Assembly (NCBI GenBank): GCA_903813345.2
Contig: CAIIXF020000001.1
Coordinates: 29,388,001-29,452,000 of the forward strand
From: Owenia fusiformis
Taxonomy: Eukaryota
Direction of reading: 5' to 3'
DNA: 64,000 nucleotides
Below, one piece after another: positions 11,901-24,611 of the stretch. Position numbers and translations under genes: made by a program. The notes beneath the pieces are model-generated. The model was not told where the DNA came from, did no database searches, and saw only the letters and a program-made list of their open reading frames with translations. The number at the start of each line of letters is the position of its first letter. Position 1 is the first letter of the stretch.

Positions 11901-14281
11901 CTGGAAAAAATAAGATAAAATCATACATACATGAATATATAAACTACTGTATAAATAAGATGAGAGATTATTTAGAGGAAATAGATATTTATTAGAATAA
12001 TACTTTTTGTGATAAGAAAGTGACTTTCTTACACTATTTCAAAGTGTGTACTATTTATTGAAACATAAAATATATTCAACTCAGATGAACACTGCACATA
12101 TGGCATGTATAAATTAATTAAACAACTATAATATTTATTAATGTATTATGAAAACTATGATGAATGTGGTATGAAAAATCCTGAAAGATAATGTATATTG
12201 GTGATTAATAAAAAGCATTGCGCAGTATTAGAAAATCGACAAAGTGTACATGGTGAAAATGATGTGTTGCTGGTGAATATGAATTGTGAGGAGATCATGG
12301 TGTGCCTGAAATAAATAGAACTATATCAGATGTCAATATTATTCAATCCCTATAATATGATATCTGCTGGTTAATCAAAGCTGCCTCCAGAGAATCTACT
12401 TCAGTTATTTACATGAAAGATTAATTAATACAGGGTGCCCAGTAAGTAATGATGCAAATGCCCTTAACATCATGGACACCTTGTATAAGGATGCTCTTGC
12501 TTGTTAACTGGGATAAAGCTAATACATATACAGATCATAGCTGCGAATAATCTTTGATTTTCAGTTTCCTTCATGAATTCTTCAGGAATACGAAAATCAG
12601 AAATTATGCAGCCCTTCATAAAGTTGGACTGTCTTAAAAGCCTTGGACACTGAGATAAGTAAAGCAATGTTATTTTATTACAGAACAGGAGAAAACTTAT
12701 AAATACATAAGGGATTGAATAATGATCACATCTTCAGAAATGGAAATCAAATTTCTCATAATATGCAACACACATCAATAAATGAGAATTTAACAGCGCA
12801 AAATAGAACAGATAAAGCATAGCAGCGTGCAACATTTACGAATCAAACAGAACAATATACCATTAACATTGAATAACATGGACAGAAACTGGAAACAATA
12901 GATTAATATAACAAATTATTTTGAGTCTAACCTTAAGCGTAGCTCCTGTAAAATATACACTTAAATCTTGAAATCAAAGAAGTTAATGTCAGCATGTCAA
13001 AAAATAGCTTTCTGAATTTGAATAAGCATCAAGTGTGTTTCATCCGCTTGATGAAAAGACACGTCAACAACCCAATTAAAATATTTCTTTGGACTGGGAA
13101 ATAAACCATGATAGTTGATTTAGAACTTATGTGCATTTAAGAACTCAGGGACTTCTTTATTTGCTTTGTTTCTTATATAATGAGATCCAAAGCATGCAAA
13201 GTTGTCTATTAATTAAAGATATATACCAAGGAGCGAAATATGACAAGGAGCGGGTTTTCTAATCATTATTCAGTGTGTCAGTGTGTGAGTACAGTAGTAA
13301 TCTGCAAGGCAAAGTGCTGTTAGAAAACTGCTTTGGCGTCAGCCCCATCCCAAATTCACACACATAATTCATTCACTGGTCCAAAAATTAGACCAGAGCA
13401 ATTCAAATATAGAAAGGCACTATTAAAACTGAATAAAATCACCCCGAAGTCATTCTGTGACATTCAATTTTATAAATTTAGTTGTGCAATGTATATGCCT
13501 ATCAATGTGTGGACAACCCTAGCAGTGTTGTAACACGAGTTTAAACAGATAATAGGGAGGTATAGCTTGCATTTAATCAAAATGAAAACGAGTAATGTAT
13601 TGAGTGTGCATGTAATTGCATACAGTTGTATTGCTATTCAGCTTCAGTGCTCTGCTTAGAACGGGAGTATGTACAGAAATGATTTTCTTAGTGTTTCCTG
13701 AATATGCACAGTTATGTGAGTTTCTTTGAGTACATTGAAATCATAAAAGTCAAAAATACATACATTCTGCATGTACAAGATTTGTTCAAAGAAATGTATA
13801 TGGACTTAATAAATCTATATACATTATACTGTATCTAATTTTCAAGCTTGTTTAAGATATTTGGAGATAAAACATGCATGTCTACTGTGCACCAAAACCA
13901 AAATGCCTGCATAGTATTCAATAAATATGCGTATAATCATTCCTGTAGACTTCAATGTGTAATTTCAAATTTCCTGTTCAAAACATAAAACTCTGAAGCT
14001 GAGCGGGTATTGGAATGGTACAACAGTATGCACGCGCAACACATTCCTAAACAGACTCATGTACATGCTTAAATTTTTCTGTACACGTTTACATTGTGAA
14101 AGATAGCGCAAGCTTAACCTCTCTAATAAATAAACACATTGTCTAATCCCTCATTGGTAAGTCTAAAACACAGTGACACCCCTTTACCATAATATGAACA
14201 TGTCCATTTAAGCAAAATGGACAAGTCCATGCATGTAGCAAGAGGTGTCTGAGGGGTGCCAGGACATGACACGGCACTTAC

Positions 14282-14392
14282 GACAATCTAACTCATCAGT
14301 GTTATCGGGACAATCAGATTTGCCATCACAACGATCCTCCAATGGGATACACAGGCCACCTTCACATCGATACTGATTTTCTGCACACGGAA
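14282..14392 (-). CDS. HSPG2: LDLa exon 5 (PCAENQYRCEGGLCIPLEDRCDGKSDCPDNTDELDC)
   Basis: LDLa motif; cag/GTAAGT; 111 nt. Confidence 0.92.
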
Positions 14393-16857
14393 CTGAAACT
14401 ACAACCCAACTAATCAGCATCGAGCTTCCATCAGAGCATGGTAAAAACAAAAGATCAAAAGTATCTTAATAAAGAAATTGAAATTGATTTGTGTGCTCTT
14501 ATATCACTTTTAAAAAACAATACATGCATCTAGAAGATGCTATTTCCCTAAAAGTGATCCAGAAATATATTTTTGAAGAAATGGATGGGAAAACTGGTCT
14601 CTGATGAATGCAGTTCTGTTAAAATCAATAAATTGTGTCCTCAAATGTTCCTTTCCATATCTTAGTTGTCTTTTTCATCTGAAAAACTCATGAATTATAA
14701 CATTTCTCTATAACATCAAATATTAATTTGTTCTTGAACATCACAAAAAGAACAACTGCAATTTTCACTTTCAAAATTCAATTTTGAATTAAATATAACA
14801 CATCATTATAGTATCAATGCATGTAATACACCATGCAGTTTTGCATCTGGACCATTTTTAAGCTACCCAGAAAACATGCATACAGCTTTCCTCGGGTAAG
14901 TAGAGCTTAGGTCCCAATAGGCATTTTCACTCATATGCCATGTGGAATATTCCCCCAAATGACCAGCAAGTTATCTGTTCACCAATTCAACAGTATTTTA
15001 TATTTTTCAAGTAATTCTGAAAATGCAAAACTTGATGAATGCATATCATGAATGGGCCTACAGAAATATATATTTGTCAAATAATCTCAAAATACTTAAA
15101 TTCTTGGTATTTATACAGATGCTATACATTATATGATTCAACATCTTAAATTATTCAAAACAAATATTTTGGGATATTCATGGTGGTGCTGCCACTTGAA
15201 AAATGCAAATGGGTGAACAGATAAATGTGAAAGAAAACACAATGTATGTAAGTGTAATAAAGCCATTCATTACTTAGTGGTTATTTCCCAACCTTGTTTC
15301 TTAATATTAGTTGCTGAAAAATCTGAATATTGCTATGACATGGATTAGTGTTCATTTATAATGACATTTCACGAGGAATTGTTAATATTTGTATTGCCAA
15401 TCGACTGCCAAATCAACCATGAGCGAGACCTTTAAGTATTAATATTGTATTACTTCAATGATTTACACCAGCTTGCAATTACAGAATTTGATTGTGCAAT
15501 TTCACATAAGAGACTGGCCAGTGGACTTGGTAAACAAACCTATTCCTGGCCTGGATATAGAAGAATATTAAAGTTTGGGCTTATAGCGGGTAAGAAATAA
15601 AATCTTGAGTCTAACAGCTCTTTGGTGATTTCTACAACTGATTTATGGAACTATAAAATGAGAGATAGTGAATAAGATTTCTTAAGATTCTCTGTGAGAC
15701 TTTGCCGATGGTTTTGGCCAAGAATTTATTTCCCTCGAAATGTCATTATTGATGTACTATAATTGCAGTTGTATCTTATTCAATCTTATATGGGGTAAGC
15801 AATTTCCAGAATTTATGTTAAATAATAAATAAACTAAGCTTATGAACTTTTGTTTTTCTTTATATAATGAAGCATTTAGGAATTTCAGATTCTATTTCAC
15901 TTTAGTTAGTACCAATGAGATTGAATCCTATACATAATGTTATACATTATATATACAACCACTGGATGATAGTATAAAACAAAAAACGATTTTATTAATA
16001 AGAAAAAATACATTCATAATTATACAGCATTATGTTCAGTATTGCGACCTAAAAGACCAAATGCATGCCAAGTCAGGAAAGTTTAATCTGGTCATCTTCA
16101 AGTTACTACAGCCAACCGCAGCAAGTTTGGATTTACCTAGCATTATATAGCTTAGACCCAGATGATAAATATTCAATGCATTTCTCGTGCAGTTAAACCT
16201 CCATAACATAACTGTTCTTCTCATAAAAACCACGACTGTTGGATTTTGCAGGTTTAACTGTGGAAAGAATTGCAAAAAAATATACGAGTTCTATTTTGTC
16301 TTATCACATGAATTAAATAGTTGGAATGAAGTTATTTGAATTCTTATTTCATACATTATAAATTACATGCACTCTAATCTTCAAAGAAGGTGCAGATCTA
16401 ACATTTGAAAGCACAAGTGGAAACAACAAAGATGCTACAATACTCTGTCCTTTATAACGTCTGATACAATCAAGGATCAGAGCCTTTTACAAAATTCAAC
16501 TTCATTCTAAATTACTTAATCCACTCTACTCTAACAGACCCCTTGTTAACACAGGAGGTTAAGTGACTGTTTTCTCAAATGTCAATAGTAAGAATAACAT
16601 TTTTTGAACAAATACAAAAATAAGTAAATAAAAAAATCTCTTGATATTTTTGGTGCTCAGACATCGATCAATCTTATTCCGATTAATGGGGACAAAAAGA
16701 GAAAGACAGTTAAGCTGACCTATTGCAAATGCTTATCAAAAGATAAATCAGAAAGTGAGAATAAAAGACAATAATATTTTCACAAAGGAACATAATAAGT
16801 TTGTTTTTCTAAGGGGTCTGCAACATCTGGGCCTAAAGCAGTGGAGCACAGACTTAC

Positions 16858-16965
16858 GACACTGAAGTTCGTCTGTTTTATCTGGACAATCTTGGCGACC
16901 ATCGCAGCGCCTTGCTTCGGGAATGCACTCCCCACTTACGCAGCGGAATTCGCCATATTGGCAAA
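16858..16965 (-). CDS. HSPG2: LDLa exon 4 (CQYGEFRCVSGECIPEARRCDGRQDCPDKTDELQC)
   Basis: LDLa motif; weak aag acceptor, GTAAGT donor; 108 nt. Confidence 0.88.
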
Positions 16966-17610
16966 CTTCATAAGAACAAATAAACAATAACAGTTATCCT
17001 TTGGGCTGAAGCCACACAGTAGAATCACCACACACGCTAAAATCAATAGAAATCTAACTGGGGGTGGTTTCATTCATGATCTGAACTAATCGAGGAAGAT
17101 AATAGAAACATACATAATAGTCACAAAATGAAAGATATAATAAGATGAACTAAACAATAATAAGATGAGGTATAAAAGATACATACACTAATCAAACATT
17201 GCAAAGCCTTTAACAACAAATTTTCCAAAGAATAGAATAGATATGTATGAACTTAAATATGAAAGCTCTCCAATACAAACTTGTAGGTAGCAGAGTTAGA
17301 TATTCTTACTACTAAAGTGCTATATCGGCACACTTGGCTTGGCAAGAAAATGCATGTCAAGGGACTGACACCAAAAATTTGTACGATCCTCATGTCTGGA
17401 GTCATTTCAAAGATCAATAAAATGGAATTGAAATATTATATTAGGATTAAAGTATGTCGATTTATATACCTGAGACCATAAATTGAGTTTCATTTTCCAT
17501 TCTGTCTAAATTGCTTATTAACAAAAAATTATATCATCCAAATGTAAGGATCCTACAAGTTGATTGGTTCCTGGGTAAGCTTATAGGTGACACTAGAAAA
17601 GGTGACTTAC

Positions 17611-17724
17611 GACATCCAAGTTCATCAGTGTTATCAGGGCAGTCAGCTCTGGAGTCGCAACGTTGTCTTTCATCAATGCATGTACCATCAGTGCATCTAA
17701 ATTGGCCACTTCGGCATTCTTCAA
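17611..17724 (-). CDS. HSPG2: LDLa exon 3 (EECRSGQFRCTDGTCIDERQRCDSRADCPDNTDELGC)
   Basis: LDLa motif; cag/GTAAGT; 114 nt. Confidence 0.92.
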
Positions 17725-17853
17725 CTGAAACATACATTTCAGGTATCATACTATTGCAAATAACAGGGCAAACAAATAAATGACCTGACAAATGAACAAA
17801 TATAATAAATGACCAATCAAATGACTAAACAGAAGGCATGTTGTCACACTTAC

Positions 17854-17967
17854 CACATCTTCGTTCATCAGATCCATCAACACAATCAAAAGCCCTGTTG
17901 CACCTGAGTCTAGCATCAATACAGCTACCATCATCACAGCGGAATTCTTCAGCCCTACAGCTTGTCA
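17854..17967 (-). CDS. HSPG2: LDLa exon 2 (TSCRAEEFRCDDGSCIDARLRCNRAFDCVDGSDERRC)
   Basis: LDLa motif; cag/GTAAGT; 114 nt. Confidence 0.92.
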
Positions 17968-20900
17968 CTGAAATAGGATAATAAAAAGATGTATTAAAAT
18001 AGTCCACTGTGTAAATTCATTTAAATTCATACCAATTATAGTACAGAGCAGGTCTCATAAAGTGTTCTCAGCCCTTTCACAAGTGTAACACAAAGGTGGT
18101 GAAAACCCCATCATTACAGGCAGAATACATGTAATTTACCATGAAAACATGAATGAAATCTGTGCATTTGTGAAAATATGTGCAAATTTGCATCACAGGT
18201 GGTTTTTGCCATTCACCACCTTCAAACGGGTTGGATCTACATGGGGAAGATGCCACAGGAAGAGACTTCTTTCAGAAGATAAGAGACAAAAGCATATGGT
18301 TTCCCAATCACCTTCACCAGATAAAGGGAAGACTCATAAAGGGAAGACCTCTCTAAAGAGATAATCTCACATTAATTATAATTTCTATATAGCATTCACT
18401 CTCTTCAACAAAATGACATATGGATATATATTATTCAAGCATTGTACACTGGGCCCAAATGGTTAATCTCAAATTGGTTTAAGAATCAGTGCAGAACAGA
18501 TTGTCAGAGGAGTTGCTTGGTGATCTCTCTGACAATCCTCAAGGCTTTAAGTCTCTGTTTTATAACAATGAAACCAGTAAATATGTAAGCCAGGAACAGT
18601 AGTAATGACTTTATTTGTGCCAATAATAAGCAATCAACAGGACGTTTTTGAAAGAAGGAACATGTACATGTATACGATAGCATCTTTGTGTAAATCAAAC
18701 ATCAGATTTTATAGATATTCCACATTGAACATGCGAGAGTTTATTTCAAGATGTAAATGAAATCATTTAATAGTCAACCCACCCACCCAAAGGTTTCCAA
18801 ATAAATCGAAACAGAAAGAACTTTCATTCTGACCATGGAACTTCAATCAATTCTGTTCAATGTCCAGACTTAATGGTACAGCAAATGACTGGATGTCTAA
18901 ATACTTCTACAGATACTACTTGGTGCTATCAGAAAAACTCACAGTAGAACCCCCCCCCCCCTTTTCAACATTAGGGCACCCCAGTCAACAATCACTATGA
19001 TGCAGCATCATGGACAACTCTCCTATTATTAGATCTTTACATGGCTTCCTTAAACCTGAATAGCATTACTGTATACTACTGAACAAGTGTACCAGTTCTG
19101 ATAAGTTTACCAATTTGTTCAATTTGCAGTACCACTCATTCACCTTACTGACCTAAACAGTGTAAAGGACTCAAAGAATCTCTTTGAACATAAATTACCA
19201 AATTCTCTCCCACACATTTATTATAATTACACAGAATGGTTCACTGAAATTATGTTATGAGGTTGTTTTAAACCTTTAAAGCTATTAGTGTTGCCAAAAT
19301 GCTCAGTAATTGTAATAAACTAAACCTGGATCACCCTTTCCTTCCAATGCTTAGTGTACTTAATAAAATTCTTCACAAATATTATCGTACCCTTGAGCTT
19401 AAAATTAGAAGTTGTCATTTTCAAGAATTTGGAAAAACTGAGTTGAGGTAAAACAGACAGAATTGGTTATTCAAACATGGTTGAGGTGAATGGGAGCATA
19501 GCACAGGGCTAATTTCTGCCTTTTGAAAATATCTGGAAGAAGAGTAAAACAGTCCGCAATAAAAGACTGACTAATATATATTTGCCGGCTGGTAGCCGTG
19601 TATCCCGGAGGGATGATACAATGAGTGGGGATGCTGAAGTGTTTATCACCTAGCAACATGTAAACATTGTGCTCATCAACACCTTTCTCAGTCTGGGTTG
19701 CACTGACATGCAGATAGTCTAACCCCGGGACAATACTGACAGACCCTGGCAGGATATTCTCATTGAAGTTAATTACTATTTTAAGGAAATGCCAGAATTG
19801 TCTGTGTTTAATATCACAAAGGGTACTGAAGTATGTGCATATTCAGATAAAATTCAAGGAAACCATATGGACCAATAAAAAAGAACCGAGTCAAGGTGAA
19901 CCTACTCAGGAAGACAATATGTATTTAACTTCATGATTGTTATTATTTCATGTAACCAGATCTCAATTTCATGTAGTTTCTTGCAGGGGACGCCAGACTG
20001 GCATGTAATGTTCAGTTATACAAGGAATATCTCTTGCTGAGCTTTTATTGACTCATAATTCGCTCATAGAATGCTTAATAAAAGTATTTCTGATCTTTTC
20101 TCCAATGTTGATAATGAACATAAGCAGATGAAGCTTATTTGAATTTTTTAATTTAAAATCAGGTTTAAATTATTATAACACTATTTATAATTATAAATAA
20201 TTATTCCACAATTCCAATATTATCGCACTTCGGGGAAAGAGAAAAAGTGGGAGGTTGCATAAGAGATTAACTCAAGATTAACTTTGAAATATAAATCAAA
20301 AAATTATCTCCAGTTTGATACCTACCTCTAACTGTATATGAATATTGTAAAATTATTATTTAGCTCGAGAAAATAAAATAACAACAAAATTATTATTTTA
20401 TGCTTCTCAAGAACAATTTAAACATAGTGTTATTTAACTGTGATACAAGTATACACATTTTAGAAACAGCCTACTAGTATATCTTGGAATGTTCAAAATG
20501 ATAAGACACGGCATTCTTAAATGTGCCATATGTCCAAGGACCACCATGCTTTATATATGTCCTCTTAACAATTCTCATTCTACATATACTCTAAGGCAAT
20601 ATCATATTTTTATATTTTGCTGTAGAATGTTTCCTCTATATCTCTATATATTATTCCCAATGCCTCCAATTCTGTATTTAAACATGTGACCTCATGAAGT
20701 TTCGCCAATATTTTACAGAGGGGTGACATTTAGGAAATACTGCCTCTGCATGCTGACAGGGATAGCTTTACACATAAGGGTGATGACAGGGTTCACAGTA
20801 TCTCCTCAACAGTTATCTCCCCTCCTGAGGATGATGGAAGAAATATTGGTGCTGGTTAGAATAACTAGGTTGACTTCTTGGTATTTGTTTATTTAAGATT

Positions 20901-21438
20901 TTGATATATATTTTTTACAGCAAGTTCATTTTGTCATAACAATCATCTGCTTAATCATGTTTTGTATTTGTTGCTCTTTTCAAATGTTGCCCATCATCGG
21001 GTTCTTAATGAGACAAGACATTTACTGATCCATATCTGATTTACTGGGAGATAAAATATCAGTACAAGATGATCAGCGCTAATTGTATGGCAACCAGTAA
21101 AATAAACAAAATCATTCTTCATGAATAGTTTTTGAAAGTAATCTAATAATACCGAATATTTCTTGCAACCACACAGGCACTGTTTATGTGTAGACTACTA
21201 ATAAAACTAAATATACCACCTATAAACACTTCTAATGATTACACCATTCAAACAACTAAGTAACATAAAAACTAAAAGAATAGCTTTTAGAACATTTAGA
21301 AAGCATTTCACTGTGTTATCTAGATAAGCCCCATTACATTTAACATTAACGATGACCTACTACCAATAAAACACTAAAAAATCAAGAAATACCAGCATAA
21401 TGTCTATATATAAAAATCTTAGTACATGTAATATGTAC

Positions 21439-22340
21439 GTGTATCTCATACTTGAGTGGGTTTGGGGTAGATATCACCCGGGAATATATATCGTATCTGA
21501 GGAGCGGGCAGGATATATTGTATATGTCCCGCTCCAGGCCAAATGCGGGCAGATATAATATATCCATCCCGCTCCCGGGAATTTTTCAAAAGTTTAAAAA
21601 AGTTTAAATATCAAAAGTTTTAATTTTTTAATTTCAAAATTTAATTTTTTTAAGTTTAAATGTTACAATTTCATTGTATTGAACAAAAAGAATATTACGA
21701 AAATGTTAAATATAAATATCTTGTCATTTGAAAAAGGTGGAAAGGGTTATATCTACCCTAAACCCACTCAAGTATGAGATACACCAGTTATGCACAGTCG
21801 GTTTGGATACATGGAATATCCCTTGGGATATGCAATACATATAGGTTATTTACTGGGAGGGATTGAATATGGGTTTTATTCCGAGGGACAATATGATATT
21901 GACCGTAGGGTAATGTGATATTGACCGAGGGAGCGCAGCGACCGAGTGTCAATATCATATTTCCCAAGGTCAATATCATATTGTCCCTCGGAATAAAACC
22001 CATATTCAATCCCTCCCAGTAAATAACCTATTTATTCCATAATACATTCCTCCTTAAAATGTTACATTTGGATAATGCTTTCAAGGTTAAAAATAACCGG
22101 GAAAACCAAAAATAGGTTAATACGTTCCAATACGATTTTTGTCCCGGGGACAATACGATTTTTCCATGTAATACGCTCCAATACGATTTTTTTCCCGGGG
22201 ACAATACGATTTTTTCATGTAATACGATTCAATACGATTTTTATTCCTTCATATTTCCCTGGGAAAACAGTAGTATTATGGAATAAATCTTGTATATCCC
22301 TCGGGATATTCCCTGTATCCAAAACCTCCCAGTGCATAAC
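21439..22340. mobile_element. Crypton-like hairpin element (outer), interrupted by a second element
   Basis: 41-bp inverted repeat 21439-21479 / 21744-21784, then hairpin arms 21787-21837 / 22288-22340; shares GCGGGCAGATATA and AGTCGGTT...TATCCCTTGG motifs with 54289-54830. Confidence 0.7.
21841..22287. mobile_element. Crypton-like hairpin element (inner)
   Basis: Near-perfect palindrome 21841-22031, then a body bracketed by TTTATTCCATAATAC (22031-22045) and GTATTATGGAATAAA (22273-22287), containing ~51-bp tandem units. Confidence 0.72.
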
Positions 22341-23710
22341 CCTTATGTATATAAGTGACCGACATTATATACTCTAAAATAAAGATAAATAGTTTCAGAC
22401 CACTATAACCCCATATTCATATAACATACAGTGTATAAATCTCTTAAACTCCATCTCTTAACCCCAGTTTCATTTCCAACAGTAACTATTCCTCACAATT
22501 TATATTTTAGATATACCCTTAATCTCTTTCTTGAAAAATAAAGTTTTAAAAATAACCATGTCTCAATATTCTTCAAGAATAAGAAAAACTGAACATTTTA
22601 GGGAAAACATATTTTCTCAAATCATTCCTCAAATTCTATGCCAAAATACCCAACTGACCCATGTTAGCTCATGTTCCTACGAAAGCCATTTCCATGAAAT
22701 GGTATAAGAAATACTTGATGGCAGATGGCAGTCAATTTAAATGTGGGGGCGACTTTATAAGAAATCAAATATAGAAGACATTTTGAAATCTTACCACCAG
22801 TATTTGAGTTTTTGCCTGGATAGATTAATGAACAATTCATGGAAAAAACTGAAGTTGACACAATTATGAACAAATGATAATGTGACTTAATGTGACATAG
22901 AATGTCTGAGTTGAAACATATTCAGGTAAATAATGTCATGTATCAACATATGTAGACCATGGCATTCAATATGCTTCATACAATGTTTGATATCACCTAG
23001 ACCCAATGCTTCAACATACCGCCAGCATTGTTGTGAAAGAAAAGGAGAGATCCCATGGCTATAATAGGATGCAGGTTTATATTTCCCCATACTTAATTCT
23101 GGAATAGCATATTTTTGACAATACAACCAACAACAATAGCAAAAGATGAAAGTAAAATACAAAATCCGTTAATATGACTTGGACCACCACGTAGAAAGAC
23201 CACTTGCTGCTCACATTTCATTATGAAATAATTGAGGATTCAAGTGAAGCGCCAACAAGCAGTCAAATGAATCTATCTGATCCCTTTAATCTCTATAATC
23301 CCCATTAAGGAGATATTACAAAACATTTTTGTTCAATTCATTTGTGCATTAGAGTTTTTATATGTTGCTATCAGTGGCGAGCATAATCTTGTATAAGATG
23401 ATGAAAATGGTGATATTATTGCAGAATAATACATTCAAAAATCTGAATCTTATCATGATGGTTAAGAAAATATATACTCTTATAATCAATTGTTAATACA
23501 ACCTATGAATAAAGAGAGGAGTGATAGGAATATTTGAACTTCATCTGGTTCATTAAGCATGCAACTCATGAGATGGAAAGAGAGTCATATTTTTTGGAAA
23601 GCTACCCTGAGCAATAAATTGAGGAGGAACCACATTTCCTAGCAATTGTATTGTTCTTTTAATAATAATAAATTCATTGGTCTTTTCTTATTAACTAAAT
23701 AATTATAAAG

Positions 23711-24072
23711 TATTCGAACATGACTGTATTCACGCCTTCTATAAACTGTAAACAAAGTCAACATTTCCCCCGGGTATATTCGCGAAGAGTACCCCTGGTA
23801 ATACATGTAATGTGTGACATCATAACGGCGGGTTGTAGTTATGGTGGACCAAAATGAATATTCAAAACATTTTGGTGAGTTTTCATGTTCGAATTGTAAT
23901 ATAGACCCCAGAGCAGGGGTAATATTGTCGAATATGCCCCTTAGGGCAGGGCTAGGCACAAAAGCCTTCGAACCCCTCTCGCCCTTCGGTCATTCTGGTT
24001 ACAGAAGACGTTTGTGCCTAGCCCTGCGGGTGTATTCGACAATATTACTTCTGCTCTTCAGTCTGTATTTCT
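23711..24072. mobile_element. Crypton-like hairpin element
   Basis: Inverted repeat ATTCGAACATGA (23712) / TCATGTTCGAAT (23883), then an imperfect hairpin about 23899-24068; flanked by direct repeat TAATTATAAAG. Confidence 0.68.
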
Positions 24073-24461
24073 TAATTATAAAGGTTTCAGTGAAGAACTT
24101 TGTGCAGATGCAGATTTTTTGCAGAATGTCACACAACACATTGTATTTTATTCATGCTCTTTTGGGAACATTTTACTGACCAAAAACCCTACCTAAATAC
24201 TCCTCATACTTCTGAATGAATTTCAATATTACCATATAGGGTCCAATGGGCAGCTTTTGAATGCGGACAAACTACCAATGATTAATAAAGAGTCTAACTC
24301 ACTGAATATTTGTCAATACATTTTTGAAAAGTTAAGAAAAAATTAACATAATAAATCAATGTTGATACTTAATAGTAAAAATTAATGCATCATAAGTAAA
24401 TTCATAATCATGACAGTGAATGGTAATTTCTACTTTAAATGACATAAGAACATTTACTTAC

Positions 24462-24611
24462 CAGGACACGTTAGTACAGTTTCATCAGAGCCATCAGAGC
24501 AGTCATTCCTGCCATTACAGAGTAGTCTCCTATCAATACACTGTCCATTGTTACATCGGAACTGGATTGGACTACACGTCAGGGGTGTGGATTGGGTTGT
24601 CACTGGAGGTG
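24462..24611 (-). CDS. HSPG2: LDLa exon 1 with P/T-rich linker ([49 protein letters not shown])
   Basis: Six Cys and DCSDGSDE; cag/GTAAGT; 150 nt; phase 1-1. Confidence 0.92.

Noticed and set aside
1417-17783. Plus-strand ORFs with repeated [10 protein letters not shown]-like peptides
   Set aside because: These are antisense shadows of the LDLa exons.
103-24611. Calling the gene LRP1/LRP2/vitellogenin receptor
   Set aside because: No YWTD or EGF exons seen; the upstream Ser-Gly region plus SEA points to perlecan.
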